Part shown: in pieces, positions 24,404-34,802 of the stretch
Numbering within the stretch: the first letter of the stretch is position 1
Layout: every line of letters starts with the position of its first letter
IMG/VR virus record: IMGVR_UViG_3300008339_000210
Coordinates: 1-36,581 of that record
Strand: one strand, 5' to 3'
DNA: 36,581 nt
Source: a virus
Taxonomy: Duplodnaviria; Caudoviricetes
Notes under the pieces: model-generated
The model's input: only the letters and a program-made list of their open reading frames with translations
Told to the model about the DNA's origin: nothing
The model's database searches: none
Program-made: the position numbers and the translations under genes

Positions 24404-25207
24404 TTAATTTATTAAAGTTATATTTTGTTCATGATTATGAAAATGGCAGATACCTTCAATCATTAAATTTTTATGTGACGGGTCTCCTATTTTGTTTAAT
24501 TTTATTGTATTACATAGTTTATCGTGGGAATTTTCTGTTAGATAATATTTTTTTAAATTATTTCTTTCCACACATTCTTTTAAAAATAATTCACAACCCC
24601 ATCCTTCAATATATTCCCAAATTTTACCATTGTAATTTTGAATAGTTTTCATTTGTTCAAATGTTTCATCAATGTAAGTTTTATCATTTAAATAATCACA
24701 TTTAGGTACATTTAAAAAATAAAAATTAGTTTGTGGAAAAAATATATTTCCAAGTACTTTTTTATAATCAAACTCATTTAAATATAAATCCTTGTAAGAT
24801 ATACCATTTAAATAATAAAAATCAGCATCTTCAATTTCCTTATTTAAAATAGACTCTTCTAGGATTACATCATTGGCTGATTTACATAACCATTCTATTT
24901 TGCTTAATTTACAATAATCAAATATTAAATTATCTAAATCCGCTGTACCAAAACTATGCCCTCTATTTATGTGGTTATTAATGTGAACACAATCAGGAAA
25001 ATATGTTTTCCATAATTCATTACTTTTTAAAACAACACTTGCATCAAAATAATTTTTATAATTGGTAGCAACTACTATTCTTTTGAATTCTTTTAAAACA
25101 GGTAAATTATAAAGAATATAAGATTCCAATAGATCCAAATCATCTTCCGATGAAATGTAACTTATTGTACCATAAACTGATTTATTAATAAGTTGTTTTA
25201 AATTCAT
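24404..25207 (-). CDS. hypothetical protein in glycan cluster (possible GT-A fold)
   Basis: NRGHSFGT, KSANDV; genomic context. Confidence 0.6.
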   Translation of the reverse strand: MNLKQLINKSVYGTISYISSEDDLDLLESYILYNLPVLKEFKRIVVATNYKNYFDASVVLKSNELWKTYFPDCVHINNHINRGHSFGTADLDNLIFDYCKLSKIEWLCKSANDVILEESILNKEIEDADFYYLNGISYKDLYLNEFDYKKVLGNIFFPQTNFYFLNVPKCDYLNDKTYIDETFEQMKTIQNYNGKIWEYIEGWGCELFLKECVERNNLKKYYLTENSHDKLCNTIKLNKIGDPSHKNLMIEGICHFHNHEQNITLIN

Positions 25208-25835
25208 CCCAAGTAATTAAATTTAGTAATTTTTGTCTATCCTCATTAAGATGATTCCAATGAATATGGTTAGATTTAAATACAGGTTGTGTATTTATCT
25301 TTTTAATTACCCCTACTCCAAAATCAGTATCAATAACACAACAGGGATATGATGGATTGTTGATTTTAAAACTAACAAATGCTTTCCAAGTGTCACCATT
25401 CCATGCTATGGTTTGTCTTGGTATTAGTTGAGCCTCATAACTTACTGGGTTACAATCATGAAGTAAAATAAATCCACCTTCAACAATATGGTTTAATGAA
25501 TTTTGAATGTCTTTTTCTACTTGATCAGCATGGTGTAATCCATCTATAAAAATTATATCGTATTTAATATCATCATGACCTTTAATTAGTTCAAAAAATT
25601 CATCTGATGTTACTGGGTAATTTACCTCTGGTATAACATAACCTTCTGCTCCTGGATCAACACCATCTTTATGGAATGCTTTGATTTTTCTAATATTTTC
25701 ACCTTGAAATACCCCTATTTCTAAATAATTAACTAATTTATATTTATCAATCAAATAATTAATTATATCATAGCGTTTTATTTCACTATTTATATTTCGG
25801 ATAACTTCAGGTTCATTTAAATTGTTTTCATACAT
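25185..25835 (-). CDS. class I SAM-dependent methyltransferase
   Basis: YLEIGV, GVDP, DIIFIDGLH, GGFILLHD. Confidence 0.85.
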   Translation of the reverse strand: MYENNLNEPEVIRNINSEIKRYDIINYLIDKYKLVNYLEIGVFQGENIRKIKAFHKDGVDPGAEGYVIPEVNYPVTSDEFFELIKGHDDIKYDIIFIDGLHHADQVEKDIQNSLNHIVEGGFILLHDCNPVSYEAQLIPRQTIAWNGDTWKAFVSFKINNPSYPCCVIDTDFGVGVIKKINTQPVFKSNHIHWNHLNEDRQKLLNLITWDEFKTTY

Positions 25836-26691
25836 AATTTAAAACGTATTGAGCTAATTTTTTAGTTGTTAAATTTTCTTTGGTGTAATTAAATAACTCA
25901 TCCAATATAACAAAATATTTTTGCTCATCAAAGTTATCTGCTAATTTTCTTGCCTCTATTAATAATTCTTTTGGTAAATTAGTTAATGTTCTTTTTGGAC
26001 ACAATTCTAAATCAAGAAAATAAGGAATACAGTTGTTGGCCAATATTTCATAGTGTCTCATACAATCCCATCCTGCTTTTTTCATTGTTATGCCATAGTA
26101 TGATTTATTATAATCTTCATAATAATTATTTTCAGTATTAAAAATATATCCACTTTGACCAGGAATTATATTTCCATATTCTTGAGTTTTGTGTAACTTG
26201 TTTAATGTTATTTTAACTTCAGGAATAGCAAAATGTATTGGAATGTGTTTATTTTCAACTAATTCCCTTTTAAAATAAGGGTGTTTTTTGCTTAATGGGT
26301 GAATTGAGGTATCATCTGAACCATCAATTAAAAATATTTTATCTGGTTTGTATATTTTTGATACTAAATCATAATAATCTAAACAACGATTAACGGTACC
26401 ATAAATAATTAAATCATAAAATTTGTCTTGAATTTTGGATTTAATGTTGGTTCTATCAGTATTGTCTTTTTCTATTAAAAAAGTTGAAGTAAAACCTTTT
26501 CCCCATAACATCTGAGGATTAATTCTATTTTTATTTTCTTTATATAAATGAATTATTGGGGTACTATCAACTACATCTATATTATCTATTTCTGTTAATC
26601 CATAAAATAAAAGATCATTTAAATAATCATTTATATAACCCCCACTTCCTTTAATAATAGAATTATGGTTAGTAATATAAAGAATTTTCAT
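25828..26691 (-). CDS. glycosyltransferase-like protein (GT-B)
   Basis: YFKREL, KKAGWDCMRHYEILANNCIPYF. Confidence 0.65.
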   Translation of the reverse strand: MKILYITNHNSIIKGSGGYINDYLNDLLFYGLTEIDNIDVVDSTPIIHLYKENKNRINPQMLWGKGFTSTFLIEKDNTDRTNIKSKIQDKFYDLIIYGTVNRCLDYYDLVSKIYKPDKIFLIDGSDDTSIHPLSKKHPYFKRELVENKHIPIHFAIPEVKITLNKLHKTQEYGNIIPGQSGYIFNTENNYYEDYNKSYYGITMKKAGWDCMRHYEILANNCIPYFLDLELCPKRTLTNLPKELLIEARKLADNFDEQKYFVILDELFNYTKENLTTKKLAQYVLNYV

Positions 26692-27272
26692 TTTTCATTT
26701 ACAACAACCCAACAACCTTCCTGTTCTTGTACTTGTAAACCTAAAGGATCAAAAAAATCATGTACTGCCTTTTTCACTTCAGGACCCCAAGAATAATCAT
26801 GACCAGCTATTACTCCGGTACCTAATTTGACCTTTGGATACCAAGATTTTATATCATTCAATACATTTTCATAATCATGGGCCGCATCTATAAAAATGAA
26901 ATCTAAACTATTGTCTTTATATAAACTTACAGCATCCAATGATGCTTTTCTAATTGGATTAATGATGTGTTTAACTGGTTCAATATTTTCTAAAAAATGT
27001 TTATATAAAAAATCTTTATCTTCTACCAAACCAGGTTCAAAAAACCCACTATTGGGGTCTAAATGTTCTTCTGAACCTTCCCAAGTATCAATACAATCAA
27101 ATTTGATTGTTTTACCTTGATTATAAAGTTCAACAGCCATAAAAGCAGCGCTTTTACCTTTCCATACCCCAATTTCTACAAAGTGGCTTCCATTTGGATA
27201 ATGGTGTGAAATTTGTTTATACAAATTAGGAAAAGTAAACCACCCATGAATGTTTTCAAAAAAATGTTCCAT
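26688..27272 (-). CDS. class I SAM-dependent methyltransferase
   Basis: VEIGVWKGKS, IDTW, DFIFIDAAH, IAGHDY. Confidence 0.88.
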   Translation of the reverse strand: MEHFFENIHGWFTFPNLYKQISHHYPNGSHFVEIGVWKGKSAAFMAVELYNQGKTIKFDCIDTWEGSEEHLDPNSGFFEPGLVEDKDFLYKHFLENIEPVKHIINPIRKASLDAVSLYKDNSLDFIFIDAAHDYENVLNDIKSWYPKVKLGTGVIAGHDYSWGPEVKKAVHDFFDPLGLQVQEQEGCWVVVNEK

Positions 27273-27274
27273 AT

Positions 27275-27922
27275 TTAAAGTGTATTATAAAATTGATTTT
27301 GTTTTTCTTGTTTTTGGATTGTTTTTGGATGATATAAACTAAATTCCTCAATCTCAGGTAAAAAAGCAAATTTTTTATAACCTACAATTCTTTCATGAAC
27401 TTTATTTTCCCATACAATATTTGGAGAATTTCTATAAACTCTCAATTGCCAATCAGGGTAATTAATCCACCCATTTTTATCTATCTTCCATCCCCATTTT
27501 TCAATATGGGATTCAGTTATACCTTCAACTGTATTGACACGTGGTACCAACATTAAATCTACATCTTGGTTTTGTTCTAAAATTGAATGTAAATTTTCCA
27601 TCAAATATTGGTGAGGAAATTCATCAGCATCAAAATTTATAATCCAATCTCCTTCACACATTTCATTCATAAAGTTTTTCAATTTTGAAAAATCATTATT
27701 GAAATCAAAACTATACCATCTAATGGGATGATCTTCTATAGGATTGTAAGTTGTTCCTGGATTGAGTGTTTTTAGATAATTATAAACCTCATCAGTTCCA
27801 TTTATACAGTCATAAATGATTATAATTTCGTCTTTACTTTGTTTATATGTTGTTATAACGTTTATTAAACGCTTAATTTCATCAATTTCGGTACATACCG
27901 TGATTGCATAAGATATTTTCAT
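27275..27922 (-). CDS. GT2 family glycosyltransferase
   Basis: ISYAITV, DFSKLKN, FDADE, YPDWQLR, VHE. Confidence 0.85.
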   Translation of the reverse strand: MKISYAITVCTEIDEIKRLINVITTYKQSKDEIIIIYDCINGTDEVYNYLKTLNPGTTYNPIEDHPIRWYSFDFNNDFSKLKNFMNEMCEGDWIINFDADEFPHQYLMENLHSILEQNQDVDLMLVPRVNTVEGITESHIEKWGWKIDKNGWINYPDWQLRVYRNSPNIVWENKVHERIVGYKKFAFLPEIEEFSLYHPKTIQKQEKQNQFYNTL

Positions 27923-27931
27923 ATATAACGT

Positions 27932-28387
27932 TTATTCAGGTAATACACCAATATAACTTAGGGCATCCATGTAGTTTCTTTCATCAAATTCTTGCATGGT
28001 TGTCATATCCATTCTATTTTTATAGAATTGTCCTGGTTTTCCTGGGATTGGGTATTTTGATTGTTCGGATTCAGTTACAGGTACAGATTTAACTGCTGCC
28101 CATTTCCAATTTCGTATATTATTTCCGTTTGCAAATATCATTCCTTGAGAAGGTATATTAACTGTTGATGGGAACCAAACTTTTCCATCATCATCTTTAA
28201 AAAGAAGATCTTTATAGAGTTCAGGCAACAATGAAATTTGTTGCTCATAAAATTCTTCTCCTTCTTTCATTAAAGAATTTGTTGTAAACCCACATCCATA
28301 ACATATATAGGTTTTAATATTTTCATTTACTTCTTGTACGTAACACGCATCAGAAGAACATCTATTACAATTAATAAGATTATCCAT
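27932..28387 (-). CDS. hypothetical zinc-ribbon protein
   Basis: ATG at 28387; CNRC...CYGCG. Confidence 0.7.
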   Translation of the reverse strand: MDNLINCNRCSSDACYVQEVNENIKTYICYGCGFTTNSLMKEGEEFYEQQISLLPELYKDLLFKDDDGKVWFPSTVNIPSQGMIFANGNNIRNWKWAAVKSVPVTESEQSKYPIPGKPGQFYKNRMDMTTMQEFDERNYMDALSYIGVLPE

Positions 28388-29693
28388 TTTGTTCAGTTTT
28401 AATAAGTTTTGGTAGTTCAATTTTTTTAAGGGTGGGTAGCTTAAGTTTTACTTCCTCTGGAAACTCAGGTACATATTGGGTTAAGTATTCATCCAATTTT
28501 TCTTTCATTTTTCCCCAACTGAAATTGGTTTTGCTATGATATGCTTGACGTTTTGCTTTTTCTGTATAATTTTTGTAATTTTCAAATACATCTTTTAAAT
28601 AAAAACCTACTTGTGCCAAATCAGGTGAAAACCACATTGAATCAGGATGTAAAAATTGATTTTGTGTTGATGGATGGACTTTAGTTAATTGACCTGAAAT
28701 TAAATTAGTGAATTCAGGATTTAAAAAATCCATATGACCTGACCAACCTGTGGTAATTAATGGTTTTTTAGTTGAAGTAAATTCAAGTAATGGGCGACCA
28801 AATCCTTCCCCTTTAGTTAAACTAACCATGGCTTTTACTTTGGGGTGATTATAAAGTTCATTCATTTCCTCATCTGTAAATTCACCATGTAACAAATAAA
28901 TGTTAGGTAAATTTTCCGAATTGATAGTGTTTTTAATTTTCTTAATTTTCTTTAAAATTTCTTCTCTATCATTGTATGAGGAACCTACTTGTGAAGTTTT
29001 TAATATTAATGCAGGTTTATTTTGTTTATTTTTAAATGTTTCATAGAAAGCTTTAATCAATAAACCTACGTTTTTTCGATCTTCACCAACATCCCCTTGC
29101 ATGTAATGTCCCACAAACAAATACGCAAATTGTTCTTTAATTGAACTTAAATCAATGTTTTTAACCTGATGAGATTCAATTGTTTTATAAATTTCAGTTT
29201 GATATCCTTCAAACAAAACATGCATTGGTTTTTTAAGTTCAATTACTTCCTCCAACTGATTTGTTTGTTGGTTTCGTTTTTCATATTTAGTTTCCTCAAA
29301 TACTTTTTTGGCATGTTCTGATGAAACCAAATTTAAATCCATTCTATTACATCCTTCTAACCAATCTGCAGCACATATAGTTGATTCTATACCAGCGGTC
29401 ATACCTACATTAAATTTCCCTACAGGTTGAAATTCATTAGGTACAGTAATTTGCATCCAAATTTCAGGTTGTTTGGGTAGTTGATTATTGGGTAAAATAT
29501 GTTGTTTTAAAAATCCCCATTCATTAGAATTATCTTCTATAAAATTCCAAGGTGTATTACCCCAACGTTGTGGTAATATTTTCACATTATATTTTTCTGA
29601 TTCAATAATGGCTTTAACTACATCGCGACTACGACTCCCATAACCACTGTATGTGTCAATTGGGCAACTTATAACAAATAATGGTTTATTCAT
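28380..29693 (-). CDS. GT4 (GT-B) glycosyltransferase
   Basis: SGYG, RKN, GEGFGRPLLEF, TGWSGHMDF. Confidence 0.88.
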   Translation of the reverse strand: MNKPLFVISCPIDTYSGYGSRSRDVVKAIIESEKYNVKILPQRWGNTPWNFIEDNSNEWGFLKQHILPNNQLPKQPEIWMQITVPNEFQPVGKFNVGMTAGIESTICAADWLEGCNRMDLNLVSSEHAKKVFEETKYEKRNQQTNQLEEVIELKKPMHVLFEGYQTEIYKTIESHQVKNIDLSSIKEQFAYLFVGHYMQGDVGEDRKNVGLLIKAFYETFKNKQNKPALILKTSQVGSSYNDREEILKKIKKIKNTINSENLPNIYLLHGEFTDEEMNELYNHPKVKAMVSLTKGEGFGRPLLEFTSTKKPLITTGWSGHMDFLNPEFTNLISGQLTKVHPSTQNQFLHPDSMWFSPDLAQVGFYLKDVFENYKNYTEKAKRQAYHSKTNFSWGKMKEKLDEYLTQYVPEFPEEVKLKLPTLKKIELPKLIKTEQNG

Positions 29694-29711
29694 ATATGTT
29701 TTATTTTTATT

Positions 29712-31205
29712 TTAATAACTTAAATTATGTGTAACTGTTCTATTATTTACTTCATTAACATTAATTAATTCATATTTTTCACGAGGACTCCAAGTTGAAA
29801 ATAGTTGTTCAAAGGCATCAATTACTCTTTGACCTTGAATTTCGGCTGTAAAACCAGCTTCCTCTGAAATTGCCCATTGTCTACCTTTTAAACCTCTTTC
29901 TATTCTTTCGGCCTTAGACATATGATATAATTCTTTGAGTTTAGTGGCTGCATCCTCTGGTCTACAATTATCATCCCAAATATAAGGTGTTGGAGGTGAA
30001 CCTTGTAAATTTCTTGTTAATGGAAATACGGGAAATGCCCATTCACCATGATTTTTATATGTGGCCGTATGGTTTGAAGGAATTTCTGGATTTGGGGTGA
30101 ACCAATTTCCATTTTCATCTTCAAATCTCATTTGATCTTGCATCCCACCTGTTACATTTGCAATAAAAGGATTACCTGCTAACATAGCTTCGGTTAAACT
30201 TAATCCCCATCCTTCATTTGAAGTTAACAATATTTGACAATCTGTACTATTGTATAGTAGGTTCATTTGGTATGGACTAAATTGAGCATCAGTAAACACA
30301 ATATTGTATTTTGGGGAAGGAGCTAATGCTTCAATTACAGCCTCCAAATCAGTTCCATGATCATTAACTCGTTCAGAATGTAACACTAAAACACATTTTT
30401 GGGCTTTATCTTTAGGTAAACTATCAATAAAATGCCTGTATGCTAAAATAGTATCTGGGATTTGTTTTCTTCTGATATTTCTTGAATTAAACAATATAGC
30501 AAAATCATATTGTTTTCCTTTAAATAATTTATGTTTAAAGTCTTTTAGTTCTTCATTGTTTTGTTCCAAAGGTTTAAAAATATTATGATTTAAACCATGA
30601 GGTATATATTTTAGTAATCTAGGAGATGGTTTACCTTTTTCAACTTCAAATGATTCATTTGTATCTAAATCTTTGTAAGAAACACCTCCATGTTCTAGGA
30701 CTAATTTATTTATTAGTTTGGTTTGTTTTGAAATACCCATCAACAAATCACATGATTCATAATAAGGTAAGTTCCATAAAGGTGAAGGAAAATTATCCCA
30801 AATATTTAAATACACTATTGGAATATGTTTTCTAATTTCATTTTCAATAGCAAATAACCATACAAAATACCTAGGGTCAGTAATAATCATTAATGCATCT
30901 GGTTTTTCCATTGCAATCAATTGCCTGATAATATCAGGATTTCCATAATCATTTACAGGATACATTATTACAGATGAATCTGTTAATCCTGAGGTTTCAT
31001 TTGTGGATTGTGATAAATCAAGTCTTTTTCCTGCTTCAGGATGATTAATACCCCCACCAATACTAACCCAATTGAAATGATGGGCTGTGTTTAGGATAAC
31101 TTCTCTAGCAACAGTAGCAATCCCACTATGTGCGCGAATATCATCTGATATAAAAAGTATTTTTTTCCTTTGATTTTGAGGTAAATAGGCAAAACGTGTA
31201 TCCAT
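29712..31205 (-). CDS. GT4 (GT-B) glycosyltransferase
   Basis: SGIA, RNIRRK, NEGWGLSLTEAM, GGMQDQ. Confidence 0.88.
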   Translation of the reverse strand: MDTRFAYLPQNQRKKILFISDDIRAHSGIATVAREVILNTAHHFNWVSIGGGINHPEAGKRLDLSQSTNETSGLTDSSVIMYPVNDYGNPDIIRQLIAMEKPDALMIITDPRYFVWLFAIENEIRKHIPIVYLNIWDNFPSPLWNLPYYESCDLLMGISKQTKLINKLVLEHGGVSYKDLDTNESFEVEKGKPSPRLLKYIPHGLNHNIFKPLEQNNEELKDFKHKLFKGKQYDFAILFNSRNIRRKQIPDTILAYRHFIDSLPKDKAQKCVLVLHSERVNDHGTDLEAVIEALAPSPKYNIVFTDAQFSPYQMNLLYNSTDCQILLTSNEGWGLSLTEAMLAGNPFIANVTGGMQDQMRFEDENGNWFTPNPEIPSNHTATYKNHGEWAFPVFPLTRNLQGSPPTPYIWDDNCRPEDAATKLKELYHMSKAERIERGLKGRQWAISEEAGFTAEIQGQRVIDAFEQLFSTWSPREKYELINVNEVNNRTVTHNLSY

Positions 31206-31247
31206 ATACTATATAATAATAACTTTTTTTTAAATAACCAAGTAATT

Positions 31248-31445
31248 TTAATCTTTTTTTTCTAAATCTGAATTTATGTGTGAATGTAGGTTTTTACGAT
31301 AAGTTTCATCTGTTAAATACAAATGCATAGAACGTTCAACAAGTTTTTGAAGTGAAAATTTATATTTTACACAACTTATTTTGAATTCTTCAAACAAATC
31401 ATTGGGTACCTTAACGGAGGTCAAACTCATTTCTTTTTTACTCAT
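31248..31445 (-). CDS. small ribbon-helix-helix-like DNA-binding protein
   Basis: LTSVKVPNDLFEEFK...SLQKLVERSM. Confidence 0.65.
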   Translation of the reverse strand: MSKKEMSLTSVKVPNDLFEEFKISCVKYKFSLQKLVERSMHLYLTDETYRKNLHSHINSDLEKKD

Positions 31446-31486
31446 AATTTTATATATTAATGTTTCTCATATAAATATATAAAAAT

Positions 31487-32440
31487 CTACGAAGATACAC
31501 CTTTTGGACAAAAATCTTTATATTTGGAAAAAGGACAAAATCTACAATTGTCTTTACTAGGATTAGGTTCAAAAGAAATGTCTTTGTAAGTACCATCTTT
31601 ATTAAATACCTGTTCAATAAATTCATGTAATTTTTTTACCGATTTTGAGGTTTTAATTTTACCACTTAAAGGCATAAACTCTTGGATTCTAGGAATTGGA
31701 AATGATGAATTTTCCCATAATTTTCTTCTTAAAATATAAAAAGCAACCTCAATTTTATCCTCAGGTATATTGTATTGTTGAGAAAACCATTTTTTATATA
31801 AAATGAGTTGAGATTGTTTTATTTCATCTTTTTTTTCCTTATCCCTCCAACCTGATTTACTTGTTTTGAAATCTATAATCAAATAACTGTTTGTGGTCTC
31901 ATTGTATAAAACCATATCCAAATACCCTTTAAAATATACATTTTTATATTCTGGATGGGGTTGGACTAAAATTGGAACCTCACATCCCACTAAATAATAT
32001 GTTTTTCTACTAAAATATCCACCCTTTTTCTTTTTTAGAAATTCCAATATTTGTAATCCATCCTCATAAAATTCATTCATTTCAGCAGGAGATGTGAAAT
32101 GTTGTTTTTTATTTGAATTGTAGTTTTCTGTGTAAACTGATCTAAACCTTTCTTCAAAATATTGTTCTAAATCAATTTTATTTGCAGCATGACTACTTTC
32201 ATCATAATATGATGTTAAATAATGTTGAATGGTTTCATGTAAGGAAGTGCCAAATACGCTATGAATTGAGGGTTCTTGTATAAATTTACCCTCTTTATAT
32301 TGTAATGCCCATTTATGAGGGCAAGTAGAAAACATAGAAAATTGACTATGAGAAATTACTTTTTCATATGAGTAGTTAATTTCTCTAAGTTTAAAATTTC
32401 GTATGTCTTTAATTACTTGTGGAAGTTTTCTTTTTGTCAA
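31487..32440 (-). CDS. PD-(D/E)XK nuclease (Cas4/RecB-like)
   Basis: SHSQ..CP, FGTSLHE, E, GYLD, IIDFKT, QLILY, CRFCPF...C. Confidence 0.88.
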   Translation of the reverse strand: MTKRKLPQVIKDIRNFKLREINYSYEKVISHSQFSMFSTCPHKWALQYKEGKFIQEPSIHSVFGTSLHETIQHYLTSYYDESSHAANKIDLEQYFEERFRSVYTENYNSNKKQHFTSPAEMNEFYEDGLQILEFLKKKKGGYFSRKTYYLVGCEVPILVQPHPEYKNVYFKGYLDMVLYNETTNSYLIIDFKTSKSGWRDKEKKDEIKQSQLILYKKWFSQQYNIPEDKIEVAFYILRRKLWENSSFPIPRIQEFMPLSGKIKTSKSVKKLHEFIEQVFNKDGTYKDISFEPNPSKDNCRFCPFSKYKDFCPKGVSS

Positions 32441-32444
32441 AACA

Positions 32445-32711
32445 TTATTTTTTACCTTGAAGTAATTGAATAGTTTTTTCTAAATACAAAACAGCATCCA
32501 TTAGTTCTTCTTTTGTATGTTGAAGATAATCAACTAAAGATAAATCAGTTCTATCTAGGGTTTGACCATATTTTTTAAAACCCATTTCTGCCCTTTGAAT
32601 ATGTTCATCAATAATTGTTTGTACTATTGAGTCAACCTCAAATGGTTTTTCTTCTAATTCAATAGGAATGGGTTGATTTTTAATTCTGTATAAATCTCTG
32701 TTGCGTGTCAT
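32445..32711 (-). CDS. MazG-like all-alpha nucleotide pyrophosphatase family protein
   Basis: G.KKYGQTLDR...EELMDAVLY. Confidence 0.6.
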   Translation of the reverse strand: MTRNRDLYRIKNQPIPIELEEKPFEVDSIVQTIIDEHIQRAEMGFKKYGQTLDRTDLSLVDYLQHTKEELMDAVLYLEKTIQLLQGKK

Positions 32712-33142
32712 TTTATGTCTTTTGTTAATTTTTTAATTTCTTTATCTTCTAGGCCTCTTTTTTTCAAAATATCCATTACATTAAACTTACCCAAAAGTAA
32801 AATATATTCTTCGGCCTCACCAAATCCAACATAAAAATGATGTGCAATTTGTCTTATTAAATCCTCATTTATTAATTTTTTGTTACCTTTAATGTAACCA
32901 AAGAATATATTTTTTTTAGGTAACATATTACAATAAAATTTATAGATTTTTTCTTTATCTGAATGTGGGATTTGCTGGCCTAAATTTGCTACCTCAATAT
33001 ATGGTTCATGCATACTAATGTATTTATGAATCATATAACTATTGAATGTTTTTTTCTGTTCCTCATTAAATGAAGACCAACTACGTTTTTCGTAAACAAT
33101 TTGTTTTAACCAATCAAATAAAGAAAAATCTTGTTGTTTCAT
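32708..33142 (-). CDS. clamp loader small subunit (T4 gp62-like)
   Basis: LFDWLKQI...FNSYMIHKYISM; next to the large subunit. Confidence 0.7.
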   Translation of the reverse strand: MKQQDFSLFDWLKQIVYEKRSWSSFNEEQKKTFNSYMIHKYISMHEPYIEVANLGQQIPHSDKEKIYKFYCNMLPKKNIFFGYIKGNKKLINEDLIRQIAHHFYVGFGEAEEYILLLGKFNVMDILKKRGLEDKEIKKLTKDIK

Positions 33143-33411
33143 TAATCCATTGTATAATCTGAGTTTTGTTGGGTTTGAGCAAATTCTTCCCTTAGTTCTT
33201 TAGGGAGTAGTTCAGTTAAAACTTTTCCTGTTTTTACATCATAAAAACACATAACTGGAATAATACCATCCTCTGAAGTGCCTGTTACAAAACGTGATAC
33301 TTTACGAAGTAATACTCCTTCTGCAAATACTTGGTTTCCATCCTCTGATACTACAGGTTGTGTGTTTTTCAAATCAATGTTTAGATTCAATTGTTGCTGT
33401 TGTTGTTTCAT
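33142..33411 (-). CDS. hypothetical phage protein
   Basis: 89 aa, LRKVSRFVTGT. Confidence 0.7.
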   Translation of the reverse strand: MKQQQQQLNLNIDLKNTQPVVSEDGNQVFAEGVLLRKVSRFVTGTSEDGIIPVMCFYDVKTGKVLTELLPKELREEFAQTQQNSDYTMD

Positions 33412-33412
33412 A

Positions 33413-34336
33413 TTATTTTTTTATTAATTGTAAAATTCTGGATATTAGGCTCATGAAATTTATTTCTCTATCAACTTTAAAGTTGGAATGGTATTGGTAT
33501 TCTTCAATGTAAATAACAATTTCCCCCACATACATGGAAGCATATATCTCTACATTATCATATAAAAATCTAAACAAATCATCAAAATCATTCATATCAG
33601 AATTTGCAATAATTTTTCTAATGTTGGTGAATGTTTTTTGATTTGGTTGTTTTAATTCCTCCAATATTTGATTGTAAAAATTTTCAGTATTGCTTAATGT
33701 ACTAGGAATCACTAATTTATTGTCAACGATATATTTTTGACAATCATTAATAATTTTCCTAAAATCAGGATAAGCATTATTAACTACACTTTTTAAATCA
33801 TCTAATTCAAATTCAATGTTTTCTGCCTCTAAAATATCATAAACATTTCGTGCTACTACTTTTTTAGATGGAGGTGTTAATTTAAATTCTTGTAATCTAC
33901 TTCTTAGTGGTGGAATTAATCTTTCAGGATAATTTCCTGTTAAAATAAATCTGGTAGTTAAACTATAGGTTTCAATCATATTTAAAAGCAGTACTTGAGA
34001 TGCTTGTAAAATATGGGTTGCCTCATCTAAAATAACAATTTTTAATGGTTTAAAACTACGAGTGGATGCAAATGAACCTACTTTTTCCTTGATATCATCC
34101 ATACCTCTATGTTCGGTTGCATTTAGGTAAATAAAATCACAATCAATATTGTTTACCAATATTTTTGCTAATGTTGATTTTCCTGAACCTTGAAGACCCG
34201 CAAACAATAAATGTGGGATATCTTGTTTATCTAGATATTCTTGTATTTTGGATCTAATTTCATCAGTACAAATGTAAGTATCAAGTGTTTTAGGCCTGTA
34301 ACGTTCAACAAAAATAGTATGTTCTTTTTGATTCAT
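33413..34336 (-). CDS. clamp loader large subunit (RFC / T4 gp44-like AAA+)
   Basis: ERYRPKTLD, GLQGSGKS, ILDEA, LRSR, PDFRKIIN. Confidence 0.92.
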   Translation of the reverse strand: MNQKEHTIFVERYRPKTLDTYICTDEIRSKIQEYLDKQDIPHLLFAGLQGSGKSTLAKILVNNIDCDFIYLNATEHRGMDDIKEKVGSFASTRSFKPLKIVILDEATHILQASQVLLLNMIETYSLTTRFILTGNYPERLIPPLRSRLQEFKLTPPSKKVVARNVYDILEAENIEFELDDLKSVVNNAYPDFRKIINDCQKYIVDNKLVIPSTLSNTENFYNQILEELKQPNQKTFTNIRKIIANSDMNDFDDLFRFLYDNVEIYASMYVGEIVIYIEEYQYHSNFKVDREINFMSLISRILQLIKK

Positions 34337-34339
34337 AAC

Positions 34340-34609
34340 TTATTGAAAAATATATTCTCCGTAAATTGAATATTTTTTAGGTTCTGGTTCTTTGATTTCT
34401 ACTTGTTCAGGAAATATAGCATAAAGTTTTCCATCAAACAAGTCCAATCTAAAAGATTTTGGCTTTACCTCAGTAATTTGAAAATAAGCCTCTAATGCCT
34501 CAGTTAATGAGGTTTGTATTTTATCAACTCCATTTACTTTAAATCTATCACCAGGTGGTACCCTGTTTGCAATTTCAATTAACTTTTCTTGAATTTCGGT
34601 TTTACTCAT
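34340..34609 (-). CDS. hypothetical phage protein
   Basis: IANRVPPGDR. Confidence 0.7.
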   Translation of the reverse strand: MSKTEIQEKLIEIANRVPPGDRFKVNGVDKIQTSLTEALEAYFQITEVKPKSFRLDLFDGKLYAIFPEQVEIKEPEPKKYSIYGEYIFQ

Positions 34610-34800
34610 AACTTAATTTGTTCAATTAGGAAGGGCAGTAACTTGTGGAAGGAATAATTAACAGTTACCTGTGGTTTATTTTCTGGGTGGAGTTTTACGT
34701 AAATTGAGGCTTCACCTGGGATAATACAAAAATTTTTAATAATGAACTTTTGGCCACTTATTTCTATTGATTGGCCTTCTAAAATTATTGCCCCTCTCAT
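34606..34800 (-). CDS. hypothetical protein
   Basis: 64-aa ORF. Confidence 0.6.
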   Translation of the reverse strand: MRGAIILEGQSIEISGQKFIIKNFCIIPGEASIYVKLHPENKPQVTVNYSFHKLLPFLIEQIKL

Positions 34801-34802
34801 AA

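Noticed and set aside
24383-24415. ttaattaattaa palindromic AT run
   Set aside because: Low complexity in a very AT-rich genome; no second copy or other support
21527-31205. Bacterial O-antigen or capsule locus
   Set aside because: No wzx, wzy, ABC exporter or initiating transferase, and it is embedded among phage genes
31487-32440. cas4 of a CRISPR-Cas system
   Set aside because: No other cas genes or array; stand-alone Cas4-like nucleases are common in phage replication modules
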